Below are positions 23,778 to 37,300 of a stretch of DNA of 64,000 bases, one piece after another. The notes under the pieces are model-generated. The model did not search any database, was not told the DNA's origin, and saw only the letters and a list, made by a program, of their open reading frames with translations. Position numbers and translations under genes: made by a program. Within the stretch, counting starts at the first letter, position 1; the number at the start of each line of letters is the position of its first letter. Source of the DNA: Utricularia gibba (lineage: Eukaryota > Plantae > Magnoliophyta); assembly GCA_002189035.1 (NCBI GenBank), contig CM007990.1, positions 1,612,001 through 1,676,000 on the forward strand, read 5' to 3'.

Positions 23778-26700
23778 TCAATCCTCATCCTCATCTACAA
23801 CCTGGTTGTCCTTTTGGTTATGCTTCTGAGCGTTATACATGTCCGCTACCTGCATGCAGAAAGATCAATGCACCGTGTGGTGGAAGGGGAGAGGATGAAT
23901 AGTTTGAAAGATACGGTGATTCTAAATACTTACCATGTCAGATGAAGAGGCATCTTCAGGTTTCTTATCTTCTCGAACACGAAGCAACCGTGGAAATCGA
24001 AGCGAGATGCCCTTGATTGGTAGAATGCATTACATTAGGAGGCAGGAATTACCATCCCACACATTGCTAATATAAAATCCAGTTCTTGAGTAAACTAATT
24101 ATCAAAGATGATGCATGGTGGTGGAAGTATCTATTTCGCCAAGAAAAAATCATCCAAATTGCTTCAGGGATAGTTTATGTGGTGCAGTAAGTGTGCAATA
24201 ATCATAGAGGGAAGATTGGGCTGAACCTTGTCGTGATCTACAATACCAATGGCTGCACGGTGAACAGGGCTAATGGTGAGATCTGCAGCTTTGACCTCCC
24301 AAACCTATCAAAAAGCAAAACCAATAGTCATGACTGGCGTACGAGATGAGATATGGATGTGACGAGAGATGCTATGAACAGCGACAGGAGAACAAGGCTA
24401 AGAAAATTAAGAACTCGATGACTAGAAGATATATGATAGATATAGATGAACAACAATGGGGCGCAAGGTTTCATGCACTGTAACTAGTAAAATAGGCTGC
24501 AAAGACACGTGATTCAAAGAACACAAAAGACCTACCTCAGTTGGTTCAAACCAAACATCTGGACTAAGTGAATCTGAGTACCTAAAATAAGACTGGGAAT
24601 CGTAGACACAACACAGAAAAAAAATATATTAATGCCTTCTTAAAGAAAGTATAAACTTGATTGCAACAAAGCCGAATCATATCAAACCTTTGGTTTTGGG
24701 ATGACCTTAGAGCGTAAACTTGCAGAACGTTCCTCGAGCATTGCCTCAGAAAAGCCCGTTCCTGGAGGGTGAGCGTGGTTATTCATGTGAATTTAGATGC
24801 ACCAAAATTCCATCAGGAAATAAAATTTCAAGGGATGTAGTTGAATCCCTTGTAGTATCAAATGTTACCAATCTTGCATATGCTTTGGAATTCCTCATTG
24901 CTACCATCATAGCAAGCTAGAAGAAAGGCACCGTATACACCTAGATTCAAAGAGAAATATAGAACTCTTCAAACTGCAATGCTGGAATAAAAAAAGAAAA
25001 GCTCAAGTTGAAATTCAGAAGAAATGCAAGTAAAGACATGCACCTGTCCGCTTGCCCCTTCCATGGAATGCAGCAATGGGAACCAAGTCTAGAGAATCTC
25101 CAATACTTCATGGAAAATACATATGTCGCAACTTAGCATAAACATTAACTTATTCTAGCACCTTCTAAATAAAGGACAAGACTCTACCTTTCCATGTAGT
25201 CCTTTTTTAGCTTAAGCCAGTTAAGAGAACGCTTTGAAGGTTCATAAGTAGCATCCTTTTTCAGTGTTTTGATGATCAAGCCCTCACAACTAGAAAATGT
25301 GCAAGAGAACAGACAAATGATGCAAAAGCTTGATAATTAAGTGAAGGTTTCACATGTAGCACGCACAGGTCATAATTTTCAGAAAATAACAGTCAAAGTG
25401 ACCCAGAAAAAAACAGCCAGCATTATGCCCAAACTTTAAATGATGTTTCGTCTGAACATGATAACATCAACAGTCAGCACATGGAAGCATGCCTAACCAA
25501 AATTGCTTCTCGCGGGTAAGTTTTGTGACCATTAGGGTCATTAATATCCATACATCCAATAGAAAGGGGAAATAAAAGTGGACTAACCTAGAATTAACAG
25601 CATCGTCTAGAAACTTCTGTATTTCTTCAAGATCATTTGATGATATAGCAGTAGCAAATTGGAAAAAACCAGGTTCTTCCAGAAATGACTCATAAAGATT
25701 CTGGAAGAATATCAAATGATGAAATATCAAAATGCATCTCAATGCCACATGGACTTCTATGCAATTCACATTAAGGACTCCAGTGTAGGTAATAGTCATT
25801 CAAATCACGAGAATACTGCACAAAGTACATAATATCTAGATTAAGGCAATGCATCCAATATCATCATGTAAAAGCAAAGTCGAAGATGAAACCTCATACA
25901 AAAATGTTACAGCAAGAAAGCTCACAACCAGTGAGAGTTTGATAATAACTGAAGAAAAATAGTTACCATACCTCTCTTCGTACTACTAGTTGCTCCTGAA
26001 GGAGTTGGCGGCCATTTAGATGGAGAATGTCAAAAGCATATATGCAAACGTTGACTTTTATTTCATCCATTACAACATTCTTACGAGCACGTGTGCTGAG
26101 AACCTGAGTTAAGGGAATGTCAAAGTCGCTGAGTGCATTAAAAATGATAGCTTCATCGAAAATACCATAAAAAAGACAAGAAGCTTCTATAAGTGACCAA
26201 AGAATAATTAATTCTTATTTCCATTTAAATTACACAAACAAAAGACCTACGATTTATGGAATTTTAGAGGCATTTTGCATTTTATTTTCTACTTTAAAAA
26301 TGTTAACCCAATATAGAAACATGATACTTCTATGTCAAAACAATAAAAAAACATAACATTAACCTGGAAAGGGAGGATTTTCTGATTCGCACGATCATAT
26401 GCAACTATTTCACAATCTAGAACAAATGATGTTACAAAAGGCTTTTTTAATCTGCATCCAAACATAAATGTTAGTAGTTACCAGGAAACAATCACAGTCC
26501 ACCGCCAATGGTAAAGGAAACCTGCTTTCAAGAATAAATATGAAACGATAGCTTGCAAAGAAAAAAATGATATCGAGAGACAAAAGGATACCTTGTGATG
26601 GCAGCAACAACATCTGGAAACTTTCCAGTATTCCGCTCAGCATTTCTGCTATATATCTCCACAACACCATCCTCTGTATAATGTATCTATAAAAAAAAAA

Positions 26701-29049
26701 AAGCGGAATTTGCTTAAGCATTCTTTAGCAACCTTAGAACAAGTGTATTCTATTATTTCAAACATCACCTGTGCGCGCTCCCCATCATACTTGTATTCAC
26801 AGGTGAACTCCGTATCCTGGAACTTCTCCACAATTTCAGATACTCCCTTTGTTGGCTTAGCTAACATGGGGCCAATAGGAATACCAGGCATAAAGCCACA
26901 TGTATTTGGCAGATTCCACACGCCTTCATTAAGAAGAGCAGGAATTATTTTTTCATAGACTGGAACAACTGAACATACTTGTTTCACAACCCTTGCAGCC
27001 TAAAATACAGAAAGGAAGCTTTTCATCAATCAAATCAATATGAACATCACATGAAGTAAACCATGTAGAGAAGCCTCCACCAAACAAATGATATACAGGT
27101 AAATAGAAACCACCAATTCTATTCAGCAGTTTAATCCATCGGTCTCAGAGGAGCCAAGTTGCTTACTTCTTCAAAAGGATTATCAAACTTTGCTATAGGA
27201 GATGAATGCTTTTCGGAATATACACTAGCATGTCCTAGGGCCGCTAAAAGAGTTTGAACTGCCAACCCAATACGCAATTTCGCCTGAAAATATCAACGAT
27301 CCACAGATTATGATCTGTATCATGAACCAAATAATGTAAAACATGTATTTACCGAACCTGCAACAAACGTATCAGGTACTGAGGCTCACAATCAGTGGCC
27401 GCAACTAGTAGCCCCTTTATATGGTTCTTCTTTTTCTCTTGGCTATCTTTTCCAGATTCCTGCACACATTGCACGTGAAACATATAAATAACTATATTGA
27501 AGACTATTATTTATTAGGTATGAGATAAAACTATAATATAGGCAAAAAAAGTTTCTTATAAGTATAAGAGAAACAGCAGCCTGCCTAGTGTAGACAACAC
27601 CTATCGCATCCCTAAATAAAATATTCTCCTATGCCTAGAGATCCAGCTAATTAAACATCAACCGATCAGGGTAATATCAACCTCAGTTCAATATTAAGCA
27701 TCCATTCCAGTATAAGTATAAGAAGCACAGTAAACAGAGCACCTTTGCTATAAGCCGAAACGTAGAAAAAACTTTTGCAACAGTTAATGCCTCTGGCTTG
27801 CGCATCAAAGGCTGGGATGACCGACAGGCTTGAGCAACAAGGCCCAAATCTCCAAGCTTCTGCATTTGTTTAAATTCAAAGAAACGTTGACAACCAAGGA
27901 AACACTGGTAAAGAAAAAACCGCACAAGCTATTTAGACGTGTAAAAAGGAAGCTTCAGCACCATGACCATATTCAAGAATACACATCCTAAGGAATGGTT
28001 TGTTAACCAAAGAATCATAATAAGTGTGTGAGCACTCACAATAGAAAATTCTGAAAAAAAAAAGAAGTGTATGCGGTTCAAACATGAAGCACCTAAGTAC
28101 AGCATGCAGGACCTGTAATAACCACCTTGTATTCCCTCTTTATATGTGCTTCTGTGGTACCACAAGCCTCTGCAAGGGCCTTAATAATTGAAGCATCCCC
28201 TATACCAAGCTCCAAGCCCTCATGAGCTGGTGCGATCCTATTTGACAAAAGGTACATAGTAGGCAATAGATCATCTGGCGTGGTCTCAATAACTGTCCTT
28301 AGCATATTGCAAGCAATTTCGGTGATCACAATTCTGCCTGACTCTTTCGATATGGCATCAAATGTCTTAGCCACAAACAAGAAAGGCACCCTCTGTCCTT
28401 CCCAATACGCTGCTCTTTTTACATCGAAATTCGAAGCTTTTACCTTCAATTCTTCCATACTCTCATCTGGGGTGATCGATACTCTTCGCTTCTTAGTCGA
28501 AACTGATTCTTCATCCGAATTGGAATCTTTAACCAGCATTGGCTTAGAATTTGGCGCCTTCTTATTTTTCACGGGTGCCGGGCCGTTATCTACAGCCTGC
28601 AACTCAACACCGTCGCTCTCCCGACTACGCTTGGAAGACTTCTCAACATGGGTATCCCCATTACACTCAGCAGTAATAATATTGGACACCTCTATGCCGT
28701 TTCCAGTTTCATCTGATGCGGAAAGGCCAGGGTTACTACCTGTAGACCTCACATCGATGTTTTTCGGAATCTCCACAGAAGCCTTACGTTTTTTTGGAGA
28801 CGACTCCTTTCCCTTGGCCGACTGCAATCGAGATGGGCTTGTCTTTTTCTTGGAAGCATTAGACATCAGAACATCAAACACCGAGGGGCGAGACGAGGAC
28901 ATTGCCTTCACAATAGGGTTTCTCTCAGCGAAGCAATTCGAGGGTTTTGAAAAGACGAAAAATCTGAGACCAAACTGGCGCTTTCCCACGAAATTCACAG
29001 GGAACGAAACGACGACAGAGCGGCTACAGCAACACCGGAGCGAAAACAT
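23778..29049 (-). CDS. LIG1: DNA ligase 1, 17 exons, intact
   Basis: Exons 29049-28126, 27859-27743, 27459-27358, 27283-27167, 26999-26769, 26686-26592, 26451-26364, 26103-25972, 25700-25588, 25289-25188, 25105-25044, 24940-24869, 24761-24688, 24592-24536, 24304-24227, 24011-23934, 23849-23778. Motifs: adenylation [31 protein letters not shown]. Confidence 0.97.
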
Positions 29050-31338
29050 TAACCGGTCAGACAAATGGCGGGAGACTTGCAACACCTTTGTTAGCTCACC
29101 CTTGCATAGCTATCCTTTTTTTTTTTTTTTTCCCTTTTTTGCGACCAACGGTATTTTCAAAAATAATTATTTATTAAAGCTTTCAATAATTATCTTAATT
29201 ATAAAAATGATTCTCAATTTATAAACTATGCATTGTTAAAAAACCAAGGCCTATACAACCTACACTATGTTTTGTTTTATTGTATTGCTCATTGAAAATG
29301 AATGATGATCAAGACGTTTTAAATGAAAAATTCTATAAATATGTTATGTATTTATCTAAAAAATGATTTTCTAAAATTTTAATTCCTAAATTTTAAAATT
29401 ACATCATAAGTCATTTAATTAACATTTTTTTGTAAATATTTTGACCTCGAACTTATGAATTTGTATATTTAATCTTTCATATTATCAAAACTAATTAATT
29501 TTGATCCATAATGCCATTTTAATAATGCATCGTTGTTAATAATATTTACAATTTTCATTTTTATTCTTCTGATGGTCTTACGCTTGATGACACCAAAATC
29601 ATGAAATGCGAACGGTAATATAATTCTAGTAAAAGATTTTGTTTCAACAAAATTCATATACAAATATGAAAAGTTTTATTATAAAATTTATTGGATGTGA
29701 AATCAGAATTAATTCATAACGTCACGAATCAGCTCACGTCCTAAAAATTCAAAAAAACAGTTTGAACCTTCTCTGAATGATTTTGACAATTTGAAGTGTT
29801 TTTTTGCAATTATGAAACTTGCAGATTACTCTTTTTATATTGATTGAAATTTGCGGGTTTTTTTTTGCAATTTTCACAAAATATTATATTATGAACTTTT
29901 AGAATATAGCTTGGATGGACAAATGAGAGTATTATTATATGCTCGGACGGTAACCCTAGACCAACTAATGAGATATTGCGTTTTACAAAACATATAGTAG
30001 TGCAGAGTCATTAAATTTTGTAAATTCATTATATTAATTCTATATTAATAATATATTATTTTTTCATAAAATATTTTAATTATATCAACAATGCACAAGT
30101 TAAAAAGACGATTACCGAGTATGCGAAGAGATTTTCTTCAAATTACAAAACCTCTTGAGCTCTTCCTGTAACAAAGTGATTGCCACAACATGATACCTCA
30201 TTCCTTCATTTCATGAATTACTCAAAGTGATTGACGAGGGTTTCTCAAGAATCCATTAATGTATCGCGGAGTTGTATAGCCTAAATTGCTTCATTTAAAT
30301 TCATTTTTATAGATATTATTTGATCAACTATATCCTTAAAACAGTAAATAAGTTGAATTAAAATGTATTAATATAGAAAATATTAGTAAAGCCTAAAAAT
30401 TTTTCCAATTTGTCACATCTGTCTCCTAAAAAATTCTTCCTATATTTTCTTCTTAATTGTTGATATTTTTGCCTAAAAAAAATTACATCCTCGACTTGTT
30501 CACTCATTTTTATTATTGTGATTCTATCTCATATTACGTGTCATCGATTTTTAATATATAAATTATGTTTAATTTATTCTAAGATATTGTTTTTAAACTC
30601 TAGAAAAGATATTAGAAAACATATTATACACTTAATTATTTATTTATTTTATATTTAATTAAAAATATAATTAATATTAAAATCATCAAAATCTCCAACA
30701 TTGCGTGCACTTCATTATGTAAAATTTAATTATAAATAAGATTACAAATTAAGAAATTAAATGGTAAATTTAAAACGTCTCATAATTTTTTTCAAATATT
30801 CTAGTTCGATTTTTAAAATTATTGTATATCCAGTTTCATTTTCTTTAAAAATAATTAGCATATAAGTTAATTCTAATTCAAGCATCCATATAGATGAAAA
30901 CTGATTGGGTAACTCTCGCGGATCTAAAGTTGAAAGAGGAAATAAATATACTCTGACAAAGGTAATTTACAAAATCAGCCGAAGTTGAAACTATACTGTA
31001 CGGTAGGTTGTCCTCGCCACGTTTACCCTGTTTTTGTGGAGAACACCTGTCTATTCTCGTATCTTCCATTCATTGTTTCTTTCACTCTTTCCGTTTTCGA
31101 TAGTACAATCAATCATCGTTTATTATGGTCATAAGCTGCGAAGGTTTTGTAGAAACGCCATTTGTGAACACCTGATTTTGTGGTTCCGATCGTGAAATTT
31201 GGTTACCTTCGTTTCAAGTTATTTTTCTTGTTTGCAACAGAGACTTCTTGGGATCATTTGGCTTCTGCTTGTGCTAAATTCAATTTCTTCACTTGCTTAG
31301 GAATTAAGATTCGTCTCCGAGCACTATCTATCCAGCAT

Positions 31339-33751
31339 ATGGGATTTTGGACACTGTCTGTGGTATTTTTGATCTTCTACCCTGGCATTTTGGCTCAGAA
31401 ATTTGAAGAGGCTACACTTGTCATTGACAAGAATGCAGCTGTTGCTGAAACAGATACCAACTATATTTGTGTCACTCTTGACTGGTGGCCTGAAGATAAG
31501 TGCAACTACAAAAGATGTCCTTGGGGCTTAACGTCGGTGCTGAATCTTGTAAGGATTTCGTCAATGAGATTTTCTTTATGTGAGAAAACATGTTTTTTCC
31601 TGTTGAAGAAGATGGGTGTCTCGTTTCTTTTGACAGAATCTGTCTCACCCTTATCTCGGCAATGCAATTCTAGGTTTGTCTGCACAATCCAGTTAGAATT
31701 TTTTATGTTGGTAGTGGGTGTTGTTTCCTTGTTTTTATAAATATTTTTTTGCACCCTACTGCAGTTTCTTACTTTTTTTTGTGCTAAACAGCTTTCAAAA
31801 ATTTGAGAGTACGAATTGGAGGTTCCTTACAAGATAGTGTAATATATGATGTGGGAAATTTTACATCCGAATGTGGGTTATTTAAGAAGCAATGGGGAGG
31901 GCTGTTTGGATTCACACCTGGATGCTTAAGGATGGACAGGTGGGATGAGCTAAATAACTTCTTCAAGAATACAGGGTAAATATCAATACTTTGTGTTTGG
32001 ATATTTTTTATGTAATACTATTGTCTCTTTAATCACGTATGAATTTTCAAGAATCCCGGCAGCATTGCTGAATTTTTTTTCATGCAATTTCGAGCAACCA
32101 TTTGTGATATTTAGTGGCCGAATTGTCAGACTTCAATGTCTTTACTCGCCTTTTGATTTGCAGGGTGATAGTTACATTTGGACTTAATGCTCTGTATGGA
32201 AGACACCATGTTCTCAGATTTTGGGGAGGAGATTGGGATCCTAGCAATGCTCGCAATTTTATTGCATACAGTATATCCAAGGGATATCATGTGGACTCTT
32301 GGGAATTTGGTATGAAAGCCTACTACTCACCTTGCTGCTCCCTTATATGACATATGACTTCTCAATCAAATCAACCTCCACATGGATATTAACAGGTAAT
32401 GAGTTATCCGGTTTTGGAACTGGTGCATGCGTGGGAGCTGAACAGTATGGAAAAGATACAAGCACTCTGAAGACTATGCTTGATGAGTTGTACCGTGGTT
32501 TAAGCACCAGACCCTCAATTGTGGCACCTGGAGGCTTTTATGCAAGTTGGTGGTTCAATGAATACCTTCAAGCCTCGGGTCCAGATGTTGTCAGGATAGT
32601 TTCTCATCATCTCTATACTTTGGGACCGGGTGAGTTCTAATACAATGATGTATCAGATAAAGCATGGTTGGCCTTGTGTTTCATACACATATACATTGTC
32701 CAGGGAATGCCCCCAATATGAAGTCTAGAATTCTAAATCCAAAGTACTTGGATAGAGCTGCTTCTACTCTGAAGAATGTTAATAAAACTATTGAAAAGTT
32801 TGGACCTTGGGCTTCCGCTTGGGTTAGTGAATCTGGAGGATCCGTAAACAATGGTGCCATGGGTGTATCAAACACTTTTTTAAACAGTTTCTGGTAACCT
32901 ATCTCCTTCATTTTTTCCTAAAGCACTGCATATGGTTTATGAAGGATTGATGAAGTTGTCTTGTCTCAACAAAGGTATCTCGATCAGCTTGCATTGGCTG
33001 CCAAGTACAATACGAAAGTCTACTGCAGACAAACTCTGGTTGGTGGGTTCTACGAGCTTCTTGATCAAAACACATTTGTTCCCAACCCGGATTATTACAG
33101 GTAAGTTTGAATGATTAAACATCAAAGCCGAACTATAATTTTAACTTAGCATCGAGTGCATATGCTTCTTGTATATAGTGCACTTCTTTGGCATAGACTC
33201 ATGGGGAGACGAGTGCTTTCAGTTAAAACCTCTGCTTCCAAATCTCTGCGAGCTTATGCTCACTGCGCAAAAGACAGAGTTAAGCTGCCATTTTGCTGAT
33301 TCTTTGCATTTCTCTTCATTCTCCACGTTTTGTTGATCTGATCATCCTCCTTGTTCAGGATGGCATATCCTTGCTTCTCATCAACCTAAGCGACGAGACG
33401 ACGTACGCTCTCGAAGTCGAGTCCACAAACTACATTCAGCTTCTCCAAGAACGTAGAAGAGACATCAAGAAAAGATCTTTCATCCACAGTCTGAAGAAGC
33501 TGATCGCCTTGCTGGGAAACAGAGCCTCAGATGGAAGTGTGCCCAGGGAGGAGTACCATCTGACTCCCCAGAATGGCGATCTTCAAACCAAGATCGTCCT
33601 TCTGAATGGAAAGCCGCTGCAGCTAACAGAGAATGGAGCGATCCCCAGTCTGGATCCTGTTCTCGCAGACATGAACGCTCCTCTCACAATTTCTCCTCAT
33701 TCCATCAAATTCGTGGTGCTCCCCCACTTCCACTCCCCTGGTTGCAAGTGA
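31339..33751 (+). CDS. Heparanase-like protein / glycoside hydrolase family 79, 9 exons, intact
   Basis: Exons 31339-31548, 31637-31673, 31792-31975, 32164-32309, 32396-32629, 32704-32893, 32975-33100, 33179-33278, 33359-33751. Signal peptide; motifs TLDWWP, RIGGSLQD, WEFGNEL (acid/base Glu), WVSESGG (nucleophile Glu), PNPDYYSALLW. Confidence 0.95.
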
Positions 33752-34358
33752 TTCCTGTCCTCGGTGTGTTTATTGTGTGAGATATGCAGTTTATAAAATA
33801 CAAATACAAATTCTATATAAATTAAAATTCTAATTAAATTTTTCTAATGTTGTTTTTAAATATCGTTGTATTAAAAGAGAAAATTTCTAATAAAGCACTA
33901 ACTTCAAAAGCAAAAAAGGCTTACAAATTTTGTAGAAATTATTGTTTAACAAATAATTACTATCACGTATTTGATATAAAATTTTATATTTAAATTTATA
34001 TTATAGATTCTTAAAATGACTATAATAAATAGATGGGGAAAAAATGAAATAAAACAATAATATTATATTTTAATATGATGAGTTTGTATTTCATCATTAA
34101 TAAAACATTATATAAAAGAATTGTTTGAATATCACATTTATGATACTTAAGATCAATAGTAGTAAATATAATGTAAATGCAGTTTTTTGGAACACGTCAC
34201 CAATGAATAAAATGTTTTTATAATTAAAGATGATTACCATAAAAATTCGTCGAATGAAAATAGGGAAAATAAAGTAATTATAGGAAAGTTAAATCGCCGC
34301 CAATCGGTTATACAGATTGCCGAGGCGTTGATTCAATTATTTTGCTCTTTGGCCGGAG

Positions 34359-37300
34359 ATGTCGTCCGTCTTATCGGAGAACGGCGTGGAAAGGGAGGAT
34401 GAGAGGGAGGAAGGATCGGAGCGGGAAACCTCCGAGGTTGAGGATGCAGAAGGGGATGAGGAGGAGGAGCCCAGGCTGAAGTACCAGCGGATGGGTGGCA
34501 GCGTGCCGTCCATCCTCCAAAGCGACTCTGCTTCGTGTATTACAGTTGCCGAGCGCATGATCGCACTCGGTACCCTCGGCGGCTCCGTCCACATTCTTGA
34601 TTTTCTCGGAAACCAAGTGAGATTCTTTCCTATCTTTGCTTGGCGTTTCTTTAGCCTTGCTGGGAATTAGGTGGAGTGCTTTTTGTAATCATCACAACGG
34701 ACTGAGAGTTTCACATCTCTTAGATTGTGAAAAGGGTGGTTTTCAGTGTTTTCTGTCTACGCCCGCATTACTGATCATTGCAGAGCCATAAGATTAACAT
34801 AATCAATACTGGTCAGCATATTCACAGGCAAGCTTCCTGTAGATGGATTGTGGAGTGGATACAATGTAGTTACGGTCCTGGTAAAGAATTAACATGTGGG
34901 GTTCATGTGGAAATTAACCTTTGAATGAGCAGGTGTGATTTAGCTCAGAATACCTAAGGCTTTATCATGCTTCTTCGGTAAACTTATCCTTCCAGATTTC
35001 AATCATTGACGGGCATTTCATATGAAGGAATTTCTTCTTCTACAGGTTAAAGAATTCATTGCTCACTCGGCTGTTGTAAATGATCTGTCTTTTGATATCG
35101 AAGGTGAATTCATTGGAAGCTGTTCCGATGATGGATGTGTAGTAATTAATAGTCTTTTCTCTGAGGAAAAAATGAGGTTTGAGTATCATCGCCCCATGAA
35201 GGCCATTGCTTTAGACCCTGATTATGTGAAAAGGTCTTCAAGAAGATTTGTTAGCGGTGGCTTAGCTGGAAATTTATATTTTAACACGAAGAAGTGGATG
35301 GGCTATCGTGACCAGGTATGACATTGCAAAGGATCCAATATTTTTAGACTTTGAACTTGAAATTGTTTTGATTCCATTTTGAGTCTCCAGGTTTTGCACT
35401 CAGGCGAAGGTCCAATTCATACAGTGAAGTGGAGAGGTAGTCTGATAGCTTGGGCCAATGATACTGGTGTTAAAGTATATGATGCTGTCAATGATCGACG
35501 AGTAACATTCATTGAAAAGCCTAGAGGAAGTCCACATCCTGATCTTCTGCTCCCTCATTTGGTTTGGCAGGTTTGATAAAACTTATATAAAATGTGATCT
35601 TTTGAAAAAAAAAATAGTATGAACTGGATACAATAAGGACAGAGTTTCTGCTTTCTCAGATGCTTTATGCTTCATTCAGGATGATGCACTGCTGGTTGTG
35701 GGGTGGGGAACATGGGTTAAAGTAGTTTCAATAAAAAGCAATGTCAATCAAGGCGCCAATGGGACATATAAGCATATCCAAATGTCTGGCTTGAAAAGGG
35801 TTGACATTGTCGCATCTTTCCAAAGCACCTATGCCATTTCAGGAATCGCACCCTTTGGTGATGCTTTGGTCATTCTTGCATATGTCCTGATTGATAAAGA
35901 TGGTGAAAAGAATATCAGTAGCACTCTTTCTTCACTGCAGGTACTTTTTCTTCTGATGCTCAAATGCTTAGTGATAATGTGTTTTCTATTTGTTTTTTCA
36001 GCGTTGAGTAACTCATGGACTTCCATTGTATGTTGTTTGAATGTTACACGGAATAGTCCCTGATCTAATCAGGTCCCATTCCTTGCTTTTTAAAATTTTT
36101 GGCTTACAGATCTCCACTAATAGTAAATGATTTTTTAAAAGTTTTTTTAAATTTAGGTTATTCGTGTTTTTTTAAAAGTGCTTTCTCTTTTATCACTCTT
36201 TTCCATGTTTGCTGTATTTTATGGGCATAGTGGCACTGGTTAGAATGCATGTGGATCGTGCTTAGGTTAGGATTTGTCTCCAGGGAAATGCACAGCGACC
36301 AGAAGTGCGTGTTGTCACTTGGAATAATGATGATCTTGCAACTGACGCGCTACCCATACATGGATTTGAACATTACAAAGCTAAAGATTATTCCCTTGCT
36401 CATTCTCCTTTCTCAGGTTGGGTGTGTGCTTTTCAAAAAAAGATAAATCCAGATCTTTTATTTATTCTGATGAATTGGTCATAGGTAGCAGCTATGCAGG
36501 AGGCCAGTGGGCCGCTGGTGATGAACCATTGTACTATATTGTCTCTCCTAAAGAAGTAGTCATTGCCAAGCCAAGGTTATTACCCTCATAATTGGTTCCT
36601 TAAACTTTTTCCCTCTGCCTTTTTAAGTTAAACACAGTATTTATAAATGGCTCATTGGAAATAATTTTAATGATCATAGAATTGTACACACGTGCCATCT
36701 ACCAATGCATATTTAATTTGTCAACTTTCAAAGCTCTCCATGTTAGGGATGCAGAAGATCACATTTCTTGGCTTGTTCAACATGGATGGCACGAGGAAGC
36801 CTTGGCAGTAGTGGAAGCTGGTCAGGCAAGGAGTGAGCTCCTTGATGAGGTACCATTTCTAAACTAGCATGAATAAAAACTGATTTTCATTAACCTGAGG
36901 TCTGTTGTTGCTGTGTTGTCATGTCCTATGATCACTTCCACGAAGTCATGACTTTTTAAAGAATCCATTTCCTGCAGTTGGGATCTAGGTATCTTGATCA
37001 TCTTATTGTGGAGCGCAGATATGCATTTGCAGCATCTTTGTGTCCAAAATTACTGAGAGGGTCATCCTCTGCCTGGGAAAGGTGCTACAATTTTGTTCCA
37101 CTTTCAAACATTTACTAGTTGAAAAATTATCCCTATTTTTTTCGTATTAACTAGGATTTGGACACCTATACAGGTGGATTTTCCATTTTGCGCAGCTTCG
37201 TCAACTTGTAGTCTTAGTTCCCTACATCCCGACAGAGAATCCAAGGCTACGAGATACTGCCTATGAGGTATCTTTCTGGATTTTGAACCGAGTATTTGTT

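Noticed and set aside
29063-29075. E2F-like site (TCTCCCGCC) near the LIG1 start
   Set aside because: One mismatch to the TTTSSCGC consensus; biologically plausible but not supportable from sequence alone.
29050-29085. ORF-track N-terminal extensions of LIG1, the GH79 gene (from 31180) and carboxypeptidase copy 2 (to 52761)
   Set aside because: The LIG1 and GH79 extensions start at GTG. In the GH79 and carboxypeptidase cases a downstream ATG begins a clear signal peptide.
28280-29224. 314-aa plus-strand ORF, and similar long antisense ORFs (15492-15956, 19458-19970, 45718-46095, 52255-52551)
   Set aside because: They are shadows of real minus-strand exons (LIG1, GSTs, carboxypeptidases) with no recognizable domains.
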